From NCBI GenBank assembly GCA_041648155.1, contig JBAZPL010000002.1:1-36636 (forward strand): a DNA stretch of 36,636 nt. Direction: 5' to 3'. Origin of the DNA: Candidatus Krumholzibacteriia bacterium. GTDB lineage: Bacteria > Krumholzibacteriota > Krumholzibacteriia > Krumholzibacteriales > Krumholzibacteriaceae. The notes under the pieces were generated by a model. The model was not told where the DNA came from, made no database searches, and saw only the letters and a program-made list of their open reading frames with translations. The position numbers were made by a program, and so were the translations under genes. Shown piece by piece: positions 10,619-18,960 of this stretch (its first letter is position 1; every line of letters begins with the position of its first letter).

Positions 10619-11934
10619 AATTCAGGCTCGCCCTATACAACACGCTTCTTCCCGTTGCGGCTCTCGCGGCGCGCGCCGCGGCGCCGTTCAAAGCAAAGAT
10701 CGCCGAGGGGCTCAAGGGACGCGAAGGGTTCAGGAAACGCTGGAAGGAAAAGGCTGCCGCGCTCGATCGGCAAGGAAGCCTGATCTGGTTCCACGTCTCG
10801 TCGGTCGGAGAGTTCGAGCAGGCGAAGCCCGTCATGGATCTTCTCGCGCGAAACAAGGGGCCATCGCTCGATCTGGCGCTCACGTTTTTCTCGCCGTCCG
10901 GCATGAACTATTACGAGCGGTTCGATCGATCGAGGAGAATCGGCGCGATACGTTTCATCGAGTACCTCCCCGTCGACACGGCGCGCAACATGCGATTCTG
11001 CCTCGACACGCTCAGGCCCGACATGATCGTTTACGTGAAGTTCGACATCTGGCCGAATCTCGTCATCGAGGCCGCGCGGAGGGGCATTCCCCAGGTTCTC
11101 GTCTCGGGGACCTTATCCCCCGGCTCGCGCCGGCTTTCTTCGGTCGCCAGGAGTTTCTACGGCGAACTCTACTCGACGCTCGACGCCATCGCCGCAATCT
11201 CCGGGGAAGACGCGGGGCGCTTCAGAGCGCTCAGCCGCGGCGCGGTCGAGATCGTCGAGGCGGGGGACACGAGATTCGACCAGGTCTGCCGGAGAATCGA
11301 CGCATCCGACGTGAAGCTCCCCGGGGGGATCGCCGCGGCCGGAAGGACGTGGATCGTCGCGGGAAGCACGTGGCCGCGTGACGAAGAGATCGTGATCCCG
11401 GGATTCGCGGCGCTGATGCGCGCGCATCCCGACGCCGGGCTGATCATCGTTCCGCACGAACCGACGCAGGAGCGGCTGGAGGCGGTCCACGATACGCTCG
11501 AAAAGGCGCGCCTCCCCTTCCGGCTGCTCTCGAGCTTGAAGGACGAGGCCGGGCTCGCGGAACCGGTCGTCGTCGCCGACGGCGTCGGCTATCTCGCCGA
11601 GCTCTACCGGGCCGGCGCGATAGCGTACGTCGGCGGCAGCTTCACGACCGGGGTGCACAACGTGATGGAGCCCGCGGTCCTCAAGCTTCCCGTCTTTTTT
11701 GGGCCGCGAATCGACAACTCCTTCGAAGCACGGGAGCTCGTCCGGCTCGAGGCTGCCGCGATTCTGAGCACGGCGGATGATTTCGCGCGGGAGTGCAGTG
11801 CCCTTCTTTCCGACCGGAGCGAGCTCGAGGGAAAAGGCGCCTCGGCGGCGCAATTCATACGAAATCATTGCGGAGCCGCTCTTCGTTGCGTAGATTTGAT
11901 TGAAAAATATCTCGAGAGAAAAGGTAAGCGTTGA
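10615..11934 (+). CDS. waaA: 3-deoxy-D-manno-octulosonic acid (Kdo) transferase
   Basis: MKFRLALYNTLLPVAAL...LIWFHVSSVGEFEQAKPVMDLL...FFSPSG matches the WaaA/KdtA N-terminal domain, with a C-terminal GT-B half (VGGSFT..GVHNVMEPA). The track ORF 10102..11934 carries a 171-aa Arg-rich extension that overlaps the GT9 gene and is rejected. Confidence 0.88.
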   Translation: MKFRLALYNTLLPVAALAARAAAPFKAKIAEGLKGREGFRKRWKEKAAALDRQGSLIWFHVSSVGEFEQAKPVMDLLARNKGPSLDLALTFFSPSGMNYYERFDRSRRIGAIRFIEYLPVDTARNMRFCLDTLRPDMIVYVKFDIWPNLVIEAARRGIPQVLVSGTLSPGSRRLSSVARSFYGELYSTLDAIAAISGEDAGRFRALSRGAVEIVEAGDTRFDQVCRRIDASDVKLPGGIAAAGRTWIVAGSTWPRDEEIVIPGFAALMRAHPDAGLIIVPHEPTQERLEAVHDTLEKARLPFRLLSSLKDEAGLAEPVVVADGVGYLAELYRAGAIAYVGGSFTTGVHNVMEPAVLKLPVFFGPRIDNSFEARELVRLEAAAILSTADDFARECSALLSDRSELEGKGASAAQFIRNHCGAALRCVDLIEKYLERKGKR

Positions 11935-12791
11935 ACAAGCACCTGAAATTGCCCGCGCAGCCGCGGTATATCCAGATCGAGACGATTCTCGGCTGCGATG
12001 CCGAATGCCCGTTCTGCCCGCAGAAACAGATCGATCGCAAGCCGGTCGTGATGGGCGAAGCGACCTGGAAGAAGATCATCGACGACACGCGGGGGCTCGG
12101 AATCACGTATCGCCCGTTTCTCCAGAACGAGGCGCTCATCGATAAGCGGCTTCCGAAGATCATCAAGTACATCAAGGAGGATTCGACCGCGCGCGCCGAG
12201 ATCAACACGAACGGGAACCTTCTCGACGCGAAGCGGGGCGCTGCTCTCATCGAAGCGGGGATAGATCTCGTCCGATTCAGCATCGACGCGTTCTCTCTCG
12301 AAACCTTCGCGGCGTGCCGCGTCGGGCTCGATTACCGCAAGGTCGTCGACAACGTCAACCGGTTCATCGAGGCCGCCGCGCAGACCCGCGGGAGCGTTGT
12401 GACCGAAGTACGCATGATCGACATGGAATCCAGCCGGCACGAGCAGCGGGATTTCATCGACTACTGGAGCTCGCGGGCCGATCGGGCGCTCATCGTGCCG
12501 CTCTACCACTGGCCATGGGACGACGGCGTCGAGATGGTCCGCAAACCGTGCATCAAGATGCGCGAGGAGATGTTCTTCTATACCGACGGGCGCGCGGTTC
12601 TCTGCTGCTGGGACATCGCGGCCCGCGCGGTGATCGGAGACGTAACGAACGAAACCGTTCTCGAGATATGGAACGGCGCGGCGCGGCGTGAGTACGCGGG
12701 ATTCCTTTCCCGGGGAGAGCGCGACAAGATACTTCTCTGCTCGCGCTGCGACGCATACCGCGACCGGCACTTCGACGGCTTCGACGACTGA
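11931..12791 (+). CDS. Radical SAM protein with a Cys-rich SPASM/twitch-like C-terminus
   Basis: IETILGCDAECPFCPQ contains the CX3CX2C 4Fe-4S/SAM motif. C-terminal cysteines sit at KPC, VLCCWD and LLCSRCDAY. The start is TTG at 11931, overlapping the waaA stop as TTGA, and no in-frame ATG precedes the Cys motif. Confidence 0.82.
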   Translation: MNKHLKLPAQPRYIQIETILGCDAECPFCPQKQIDRKPVVMGEATWKKIIDDTRGLGITYRPFLQNEALIDKRLPKIIKYIKEDSTARAEINTNGNLLDAKRGAALIEAGIDLVRFSIDAFSLETFAACRVGLDYRKVVDNVNRFIEAAAQTRGSVVTEVRMIDMESSRHEQRDFIDYWSSRADRALIVPLYHWPWDDGVEMVRKPCIKMREEMFFYTDGRAVLCCWDIAARAVIGDVTNETVLEIWNGAARREYAGFLSRGERDKILLCSRCDAYRDRHFDGFDD

Positions 12792-12798
12792 TCCCCGT

Positions 12799-13437
12799 TC
12801 ATCCGGGAGCCGGCCAGGGATAGCTGCCGGCGCGGACGAGGAGCGGCGCGTCGACGGTGAAATCGACGATCGTCGACGGCAGCGCCGACGATCTTCCCCG
12901 TTGCGACAGGTAGCCGCCGAGACCGGGAAACGCCCTTCGGATGTCGGCGATTCTGGTCATCGGCTCGCGTCCCGAAAGATTGACGCTCGTCGAGACGATG
13001 GGCTCGCCGACTCTTTCGATAAGAGCCCGCAGATCCGCGCGGGCGGGGACCCTGACGGCGACTTTCCCGCCCGGCGAGATGAGCGGAGAGAGCGCGCTTC
13101 GCGCCGGAAGAATGGCGGTCAGCGGCGCGGGCCAGATTCGAATGAGCGTTTTCCGCGACGTGCCGGGCCAGCGCTCGACGAGCGTGCCCGCCATCGTCGC
13201 GTCCGCGGCGAGCAGGATGAATCCCCCGCTTGCGCGCCTTCTCTTCAGTTTCAGGATTATCTCGATCGCCCGGCAATTCGAGACGGCGCAATGGAAGCCG
13301 TAGATCGTATCCGTGGGAAGCACCGCGACGCCGCCCGACGCGAGCACGGCGGCGGCGCTTCGAATGGAGGATCGCCCGAAAGAGCCGGATACGGGCGGCG
13401 TCTCCCCGCGGCGCGGCCCCCTCACTTCCGGCGCCAT
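12799..13437 (-). CDS. tsaC: L-threonylcarbamoyladenylate synthase (TsaC/YrdC family)
   Basis: AAVLASGGVAVLPTDTIYGFHC...GGFILLAAD...WPAPLTAILPA...VAVRVPA...LIERVGEPIVSTSVNLSGREP is the YrdC fold signature. The ATG at 13437 overlaps the purE 3' end by 16 nt. The 341-aa track ORF is an Arg-rich extension through purE. Confidence 0.82.
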   Translation of the reverse strand: MAPEVRGPRRGETPPVSGSFGRSSIRSAAAVLASGGVAVLPTDTIYGFHCAVSNCRAIEIILKLKRRRASGGFILLAADATMAGTLVERWPGTSRKTLIRIWPAPLTAILPARSALSPLISPGGKVAVRVPARADLRALIERVGEPIVSTSVNLSGREPMTRIADIRRAFPGLGGYLSQRGRSSALPSTIVDFTVDAPLLVRAGSYPWPAPG

Positions 13438-13889
13438 TCCGCGCGCATCTCCTCGAGGCGCTTCGCGATCGTCTCGTCGGACAGGGCGAGAATTTCCGCA
13501 GCGAGAATCGCGGCGTTTCGGGCTCCCGCCTTCCCGACGGCGACGGCGGCGACCGGCACTCCCGGAGGCATCTGGGCGATCGAATAGAGCGCGTCTATGC
13601 CGCCGGGAAGCCCGCTCGCCAGCGGAACGCCTATCACGGGCTTCGTCGTGAGGGATGCCACGAAACCGGGCAGGGCCGCGGACATTCCCGCTCCCGCAAT
13701 GAAAACCTTCGCTCCCCGCTGGAGCGCTCCCTCGACGTATTCGACCGTGCGCTTCGGCTGCCGGTGAGCCGAATGGACCTCGAGCTCCGCGACGATGCCG
13801 AGCTTCTCGAGCTCCTGGAGACACGCTTCCATCGTCTCCCGATCGGATTCGCTCCCCATGAGAACGGCGACCTGCAATTCGTGTTTCAT
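13422..13889 (-). CDS. purE: 5-(carboxyamino)imidazole ribonucleotide mutase
   Basis: VAVLMGSESDRETM...LEVHSAHRQPKRTVEY......VFIAGAGMSAALPGFVASLTTKPVIGVP...LPGGIDALYSIAQMPPGVPVAAVAVGKAGARNAA is the canonical PurE sequence. Confidence 0.93.
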   Translation of the reverse strand: MKHELQVAVLMGSESDRETMEACLQELEKLGIVAELEVHSAHRQPKRTVEYVEGALQRGAKVFIAGAGMSAALPGFVASLTTKPVIGVPLASGLPGGIDALYSIAQMPPGVPVAAVAVGKAGARNAAILAAEILALSDETIAKRLEEMRAEWRRK

Positions 13890-13893
13890 GCGC

Positions 13894-15159
13894 TTATCTC
13901 AATCCTTTCTTCCCGATGTCGCTGCGGAAGAAGCAGCCGGAAAAGGAGATCGCGGCGACCCCCCGGTAGGCTTTGTCGATGGCATCCCGAAGCGCAGGCC
14001 CCGTCGCGGCCACCCCGAGCACCCTCCCGCCGCTCGTCGCGATCGCGCCGTCATTCGCCTCGGTGCCCGCGTGGAACACGATGCATCCCTCCTCGCGGGC
14101 CCGCTCGAGGCCGTCGATCGGATAGCCTTTGCCGTACGAACCGGGATAACCCTTCGATGCGATGACCACGCACGCAGCCGCCTCCGCGCTGTTCTCGAAA
14201 GGCACCTTTGCGAGCCCTCCATCCGCGGCTTCGAACATCACCTGGGCGAGATCGCCCGCGAAGAGCGGGAGAATCACCTGCGTTTCGGGATCCCCGAACC
14301 TGCAGTTGTATTCGAGGACCTTCGGACCCTCGCTCGTGATCATAATCCCGAAGTACAGAACGCCGGCGCCCGTGATCCCCTCGCTCCGCATTCCCTCGAA
14401 GGTAGGCTCTATGATCTCTTTCTTCACCCGCGCGGCAAACCGCTCGTCGTACACCGGAACGGGCGCGTACGCGCCCATGCCGCCGGTGTTCGGCCCTTCG
14501 TCGTTGTCGAACGCCCGCTTGTGATCTTGCGAGGGCACAAGCAGCCGATAGCTCTTTCCGTCGTACAGGGCAAGAATCGAGAGCTCCTCGCCGCTCAGAA
14601 ACTCCTCGAGAACGATCCGCTCGCCGGCCGCCCCGAACGCGCGGCTCTTCATGATGAGCTCGATGGCGCCGCGCGCTTCCCGGGCCGTCTTCGCGATGAT
14701 GACGCCCTTGCCCGCGGCGAGTCCGTCCGCCTTGACGACATACGGCGCCTGCATCGAATCGATCGCCTTGAGCGCCGAGCCCGCGTTGCCGAACGCGCGG
14801 AACTCCCCCGTCGGAATGCCGTACCGAATCATGAACTCCTTCGCCCAGACCTTGCTCCCCTCGAGGCGCGCCCCCTTCCTGTCGAATCCGAATATTCGCA
14901 AAGCCTTCGAAGTGAAGAGATCGACGATACCGGCGACGAGCGGGGCCTCCGGGCCGACGACGGTGAGATCGATTTTCTTTTCGAGCGCGAGCTTCAGGAG
15001 TCCGTCGAGATCGTCCGCGTCGACGCCGACGCATTCGGCATGAGCGGCTATGCCTGCGTTCCCCGGCGCCGCGTAGATCTTCTTCACCGCCGATGATTGG
15101 GCAAATTTCCAGGCGAGCGCGTGCTCGCGGCCGCCGCTGCCGATAACGAGAATATTCAT
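13894..15159 (-). CDS. purD: Phosphoribosylamine-glycine ligase
   Basis: MNILVIGSGGREHALAWKFAQS...IYAAPGNAGI...VVKADGLAAGKGV...EEFLSGEELS...DHKR..D.D.GPNTGGMGAY is the PurD ATP-grasp signature. Confidence 0.94.
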   Translation of the reverse strand: MNILVIGSGGREHALAWKFAQSSAVKKIYAAPGNAGIAAHAECVGVDADDLDGLLKLALEKKIDLTVVGPEAPLVAGIVDLFTSKALRIFGFDRKGARLEGSKVWAKEFMIRYGIPTGEFRAFGNAGSALKAIDSMQAPYVVKADGLAAGKGVIIAKTAREARGAIELIMKSRAFGAAGERIVLEEFLSGEELSILALYDGKSYRLLVPSQDHKRAFDNDEGPNTGGMGAYAPVPVYDERFAARVKKEIIEPTFEGMRSEGITGAGVLYFGIMITSEGPKVLEYNCRFGDPETQVILPLFAGDLAQVMFEAADGGLAKVPFENSAEAAACVVIASKGYPGSYGKGYPIDGLERAREEGCIVFHAGTEANDGAIATSGGRVLGVAATGPALRDAIDKAYRGVAAISFSGCFFRSDIGKKGLR

Positions 15160-15273
15160 ATGAATCCGATTTCCTCCATCCCGCCCGGGCGACCGATGCG
15201 ATCGGGCGAGCTGCCTTGAACCTGATTATACTCGCGCATGACACCACATAAAAAGAGAATTTACGCGCAACCG

Positions 15274-16542
15274 CTATCGTTTCACGGGAAGAAACCGGGA
15301 TGCATCCGCAATGACGAGTATATCTTCGCCCGCGATTCCTTCCAGGAGATACTCCTCGTAGCCGGGCTTCCACGGACAGAGGCCGAAACGCGCGACGAGA
15401 TCGTCCGCAAGCATCGATCTGAGATAGATCGAAAAACGCTCCGTAAGCTCGCACGTCGATATCGCCGTTTGCGAATTGAGCGTATAGCTTTTCCTCACCG
15501 TGTCGGGCACCGCGTGTCTTCCGCTCTCGAAAGCGGCGAAATACGAATCGGAACCGATTCCCTCCGGACAGGCCGTCGCGGCGAGCAGGAGCTCTCCCTC
15601 TTCGAGCGCGTTCGAGGCATGCCTCAGCGACTTGTGGCTCTGGAGGAGATTGATGTCCCTCGGAAAGCCGCCCGCCGAGACGATCACGGCGCGATAGAGC
15701 CGGTCTACGGGAAAGCGGAAATGCGCCGATACAAAATCGCATGCCGCGCGGTGGGAGGCGTCGAGCTCCCCCGCGTTGACGAACAGCACGCTCCCCGAGG
15801 CGCCGCTCACCGAGTTGACGGCGAACGTCCGTGCACCGAGAAGACGGGCTCCTGCGAGCATGTCTTCATGCACCGGATTGCCCTCGAGCTCGCCGGAGCG
15901 GCAGCCGCGCGCAAGCCCCGCGCCGGGATCCCTCCCGAGCGAGAGTCGATGGTTTGCGACAATCGTCTTCTCCCCCGCGATACCGGGAAGGATGAGCTTG
16001 CGAGCGCCCCCGTACCCGGCAAAGTAGTGGAACGAAACCGCTCCGAAGACTATGACGAGGGAGGATTCCGCGACGGCCCTGTTGAACAGGCACGGCGTTC
16101 CCGCGGGAGTCGTTCCGACGTCGAGAAGCGAGGCGGCGTCGCGCGCGTCGTGCTCGAGCACCTTCCAGCGCCGGACGATATCGGCGCCGACGTGCGCTTC
16201 GAGCTCTCCCTGGCGGAACCCGCGGTGCATTCCGAGGGCCGCGACGACGGAGACACGCTCGGGCCCTGCCCCGTGCGCCTCGAGGAAACCGAGGAGCCCG
16301 GCGAGCATCCGCCCCGTGCTGCCTCCCCGGGTGAGGTCCGAGATCAAAACCGATATGCTCCCAGACCGCGGGATGATCTTCCGGAGCGCCGGAGCGCCGA
16401 CCGGCTTCTCGAAAGCCTCGATACAGGATCGTTCGGGATCGGAGAGCGGCGCGGGATAGACGTTTCCCGCTACCACGACGCCGCGTCGTTCTCCCAGATC
16501 GATGTCAAGGGCGCCGTCGTGATAGAGAAGGGCGCACTGCAC
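15274..16542 (-). CDS. LarA-family nickel-pincer-dependent 2-hydroxyacid racemase/epimerase homolog (DUF2088)
   Basis: VVAALGMHRG, then SFHYFAGYGGARKLILPGIAGEKTIVANH, then GNPVHEDM. The His-10-Lys-16-His spacing equals that of His174/Lys184/His200 in L. plantarum LarA. GTG start at 16542 with GGAGG 5 nt upstream. Confidence 0.8.
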   Translation of the reverse strand: MQCALLYHDGALDIDLGERRGVVVAGNVYPAPLSDPERSCIEAFEKPVGAPALRKIIPRSGSISVLISDLTRGGSTGRMLAGLLGFLEAHGAGPERVSVVAALGMHRGFRQGELEAHVGADIVRRWKVLEHDARDAASLLDVGTTPAGTPCLFNRAVAESSLVIVFGAVSFHYFAGYGGARKLILPGIAGEKTIVANHRLSLGRDPGAGLARGCRSGELEGNPVHEDMLAGARLLGARTFAVNSVSGASGSVLFVNAGELDASHRAACDFVSAHFRFPVDRLYRAVIVSAGGFPRDINLLQSHKSLRHASNALEEGELLLAATACPEGIGSDSYFAAFESGRHAVPDTVRKSYTLNSQTAISTCELTERFSIYLRSMLADDLVARFGLCPWKPGYEEYLLEGIAGEDILVIADASRFLPVKR

Positions 16543-16618
16543 GCGAACCTCCGGCGCGGGCGCGGGAAAGCGCTCCGCCTGCGAATACGAACATCGTCAA
16601 GGAACTGCGCTCGGCGAA

Positions 16619-17560
16619 TCAGTCGGGAAGAATGTGCGTGCCCACGTTCCCCTTGCAGGCGTCGAGCAGCATCGTGGCATCGGAGATGATGACCCGTTTT
16701 CCGCCCAATTCAAGAAAATCGATCGCGGCTTCAATCTTGGGACCCATGCTTCCCGGCGGAAACTCCCCCGCCTCATGGAGTTTTTTTATCTCGGCGAGCT
16801 TTATCCTGCGCAGCGCTTTCTGATTCGGCGTGCCGAAATGAACGTACACCTCGGAAACGCTCGTGAGAATCACGAGGCGCTCCGCCTGAGTCATCTCACC
16901 CAGAACCGCGGCCGCACGGTCCTTGTCGATAACCGCCTCGATACCGACGAGCTCGTTGCCGCTTCGCACGACCGGGATGCCGCCGCCGCCGACCGCGATG
17001 ACCACGACGCCGAGCTTGAAAAGCTTCACGATGATATCCGCCTCGACGATCTCGAGAGGCCGTGGGGAGGGTACGACTCGACGGTATCCGCGATTGGCGT
17101 CCATGACCATCCGGTACCCCTTTTCCCTGGCCAGGATCTCGGCCTCTTCCTTGCCATAGAAAAGGCCGATGGGCTTCGTCGGGTGCTCGAACGCTTCGTC
17201 CTCTTCCGAAACGACGACCTGCGACACGATCGTGACGACCTCGCGGTAGACTCCCCGAACACTCAGCTCGTTCCTGAGCGATTGCTGGATCATGTAGCCG
17301 ATCCCGCCCTGCGAATCGGCGCCGCACACATCGAGAGGCATCGGCGCTATGCGGCCCTTCACCGCCTCGTTCCGCTCGACGATGTTTCCCACGATGGGAC
17401 CGTTCCCGTGCGTGATGATCACCTTCCGGCCGGAGATGATGAGCTCGGCGACCTGTCGCATCGAGATCGACGTGAGCTCGCGCTGGGCCCCTATTGTCCC
17501 GCTTCCCTTTGTCGGAATGATCGCGTTTCCGCCGAGAGCGATGACGTCCATTCCACGCAC
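16619..17560 (-). CDS. arcC: Carbamate kinase
   Basis: DVIALGGNAI...VIITHGNGPIVGN...MPLDVCGADSQGGIGYMIQQ...VVPSPRP..IVE...VIAVGGGGIPV is the carbamate kinase signature. GTG start at 17560 with GGGAGG 9 nt upstream; an alternative ATG lies at 17551. Confidence 0.9.
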   Translation of the reverse strand: MRGMDVIALGGNAIIPTKGSGTIGAQRELTSISMRQVAELIISGRKVIITHGNGPIVGNIVERNEAVKGRIAPMPLDVCGADSQGGIGYMIQQSLRNELSVRGVYREVVTIVSQVVVSEEDEAFEHPTKPIGLFYGKEEAEILAREKGYRMVMDANRGYRRVVPSPRPLEIVEADIIVKLFKLGVVVIAVGGGGIPVVRSGNELVGIEAVIDKDRAAAVLGEMTQAERLVILTSVSEVYVHFGTPNQKALRRIKLAEIKKLHEAGEFPPGSMGPKIEAAIDFLELGGKRVIISDATMLLDACKGNVGTHILPD

Positions 17561-17576
17561 AAAAAATGACCTCCCT

Positions 17577-17618
17577 AAAAAACAGTCCCCTGTTGAAGGC
17601 TCCGGCCCTCAACAGGGG
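17577..17618 (-). terminator. Rho-independent terminator after the aminotransferase gene
   Basis: 10-bp stem CCCCTGTTGA/TCAACAGGGG (17587-17596 / 17609-17618). On the minus strand it is followed by ACTG then T6 (complement of 17577-17582). It lies 24 nt downstream of the stop at 17642. Confidence 0.7.
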
Positions 17619-17641
17619 GTATTCGGTCTATGCCGCGTTTC

Positions 17642-18793
17642 TTACAGAACGCTCCTGATCTTTTCGAGCGCTTTCTTGATATTCTCCTGAGAGTTCGCGT
17701 AGGAGAACCGCAGGTATCCTTCGCCGTATTTCCCGAAGCTCGTGCCGCTGAGCCCCGCCACACCCGCTTTCTCGAGGAGGTGCACTTCGAGCTCCTTCGA
17801 TTTCATGCCCGTTCCCGTGATGTTCGGGAATACGTAGAAGGCGCCCTTCGGCTTGAGACACGTGAAGCCCGGGATCGCGTTGAGGCCGTCGACGATAAGA
17901 TCGCGGCGCGCCTTGAATTCCTTGACCATCTTGCGCGATCTGGATTGGGAACCCGTCAACGCCTCCATGCCGGCGATCTGCGTGAAGCTCGCCGTGCAGG
18001 AGTTCGAGTTCGTCTGGAGCCTCGCGACGGCGTCGGCGAGCTTCGGCGGCATGATGCCGTATCCGAGTCTCCATCCGGTCATCGCATAGGTTTTCGAATG
18101 GCCCTCGAGGAGAACCGTGCGGTCCTTGACTTCGGGGAAATCGTAGATGCTTGCGTGTTTCCCCTCGTAGATGATCTTGCTGTAAACCTCGTCGCTCAAT
18201 ATCCACGCGTCGTACTTGTCGGCGAGCTCGGCGACGACCTTCATGTCTTTTTTCGTGAGAATGCCGCCCGTCGGGTTCTGCGGCGAGTTGATGATGATGA
18301 GCTTCGTCTTGTCGTTCACGAGCGTCCGAAGCTCGTCGACGTCGAAGGAGAACCCCTTTTCCTCCCGCAGAGGGATCGGAACGGGCTTCGCGCCGACGAA
18401 GTTGATGACCGACTCGTAGATCGGGAATCCCGGATTCGGATAGATGACCTCGTCCCCCTCGTCGACGAGCGCGAGAATGGTGAAGAAGAGGATCGGCTTG
18501 GCGCCCGGAGTGATGACGATATTTTCCGGCCTTACCTCCACCCCGCGGTCCTTCGTGATGTGCGCCGCGAATACCTTCCGCGCATCGAGAAGACCTGCCG
18601 AGGGCCCGTAATGCGTGAAACCCGACTTGAGCGCGTTGATCGCGGCCCTTACGATATTCGGCGGCGTATCGAAATCGGGCTCGCCGATCTCGAGATGAAT
18701 CATTTCCCTGCCCTCCGCCTCCATGGCCTTCGCGCGGGCCAGGACTTCGAAAGCGGTCTCGGTGCCGAGTCTGCTCATCCGTTCAGCAAACAT
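17642..18793 (-). CDS. Pyridoxal-phosphate-dependent aminotransferase, class I (aspartate/aromatic aminotransferase-like)
   Basis: IHLEIGEPDFDTP...ITPGAKP...NPGFPIY...INSPQNPTG...LSDEVYS...HSKTYAMTGWRLGY (PLP lysine in SKT) ...LRFSYA. The ATG at 18793 is preceded by GAGGAGGAGAG. The track start at 18844 adds 17 unlikely residues. Confidence 0.9.
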   Translation of the reverse strand: MFAERMSRLGTETAFEVLARAKAMEAEGREMIHLEIGEPDFDTPPNIVRAAINALKSGFTHYGPSAGLLDARKVFAAHITKDRGVEVRPENIVITPGAKPILFFTILALVDEGDEVIYPNPGFPIYESVINFVGAKPVPIPLREEKGFSFDVDELRTLVNDKTKLIIINSPQNPTGGILTKKDMKVVAELADKYDAWILSDEVYSKIIYEGKHASIYDFPEVKDRTVLLEGHSKTYAMTGWRLGYGIMPPKLADAVARLQTNSNSCTASFTQIAGMEALTGSQSRSRKMVKEFKARRDLIVDGLNAIPGFTCLKPKGAFYVFPNITGTGMKSKELEVHLLEKAGVAGLSGTSFGKYGEGYLRFSYANSQENIKKALEKIRSVL

Positions 18794-18960
18794 CTCTCCT
18801 CCTCGAGCTCCAGATGGATGGCCAATCTCCCAATAATTGAACAATATCTATATTAGGAGGGGGAATCCCCTTTGTCAATGAAATATGGGGGGCAAATGGA
18901 CAAGAGCGGTTCGTGCGCAACAAGTTACGGCACCGGAGCGGCAGGATGATCCGTACCCGC

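Noticed and set aside
13795-18856. Shadow ORFs across the purD to aminotransferase block (13795..15096 +, 14051..15742 -, 15238..16689 +, 16634..17569 +, 16896..17612 -, 17630..18856 +)
   Set aside because: Each overlaps a gene with an unambiguous family signature (purD, LarA-like, arcC, aminotransferase) on the other strand or frame. Their composition is Arg-rich and they have no start-site context.
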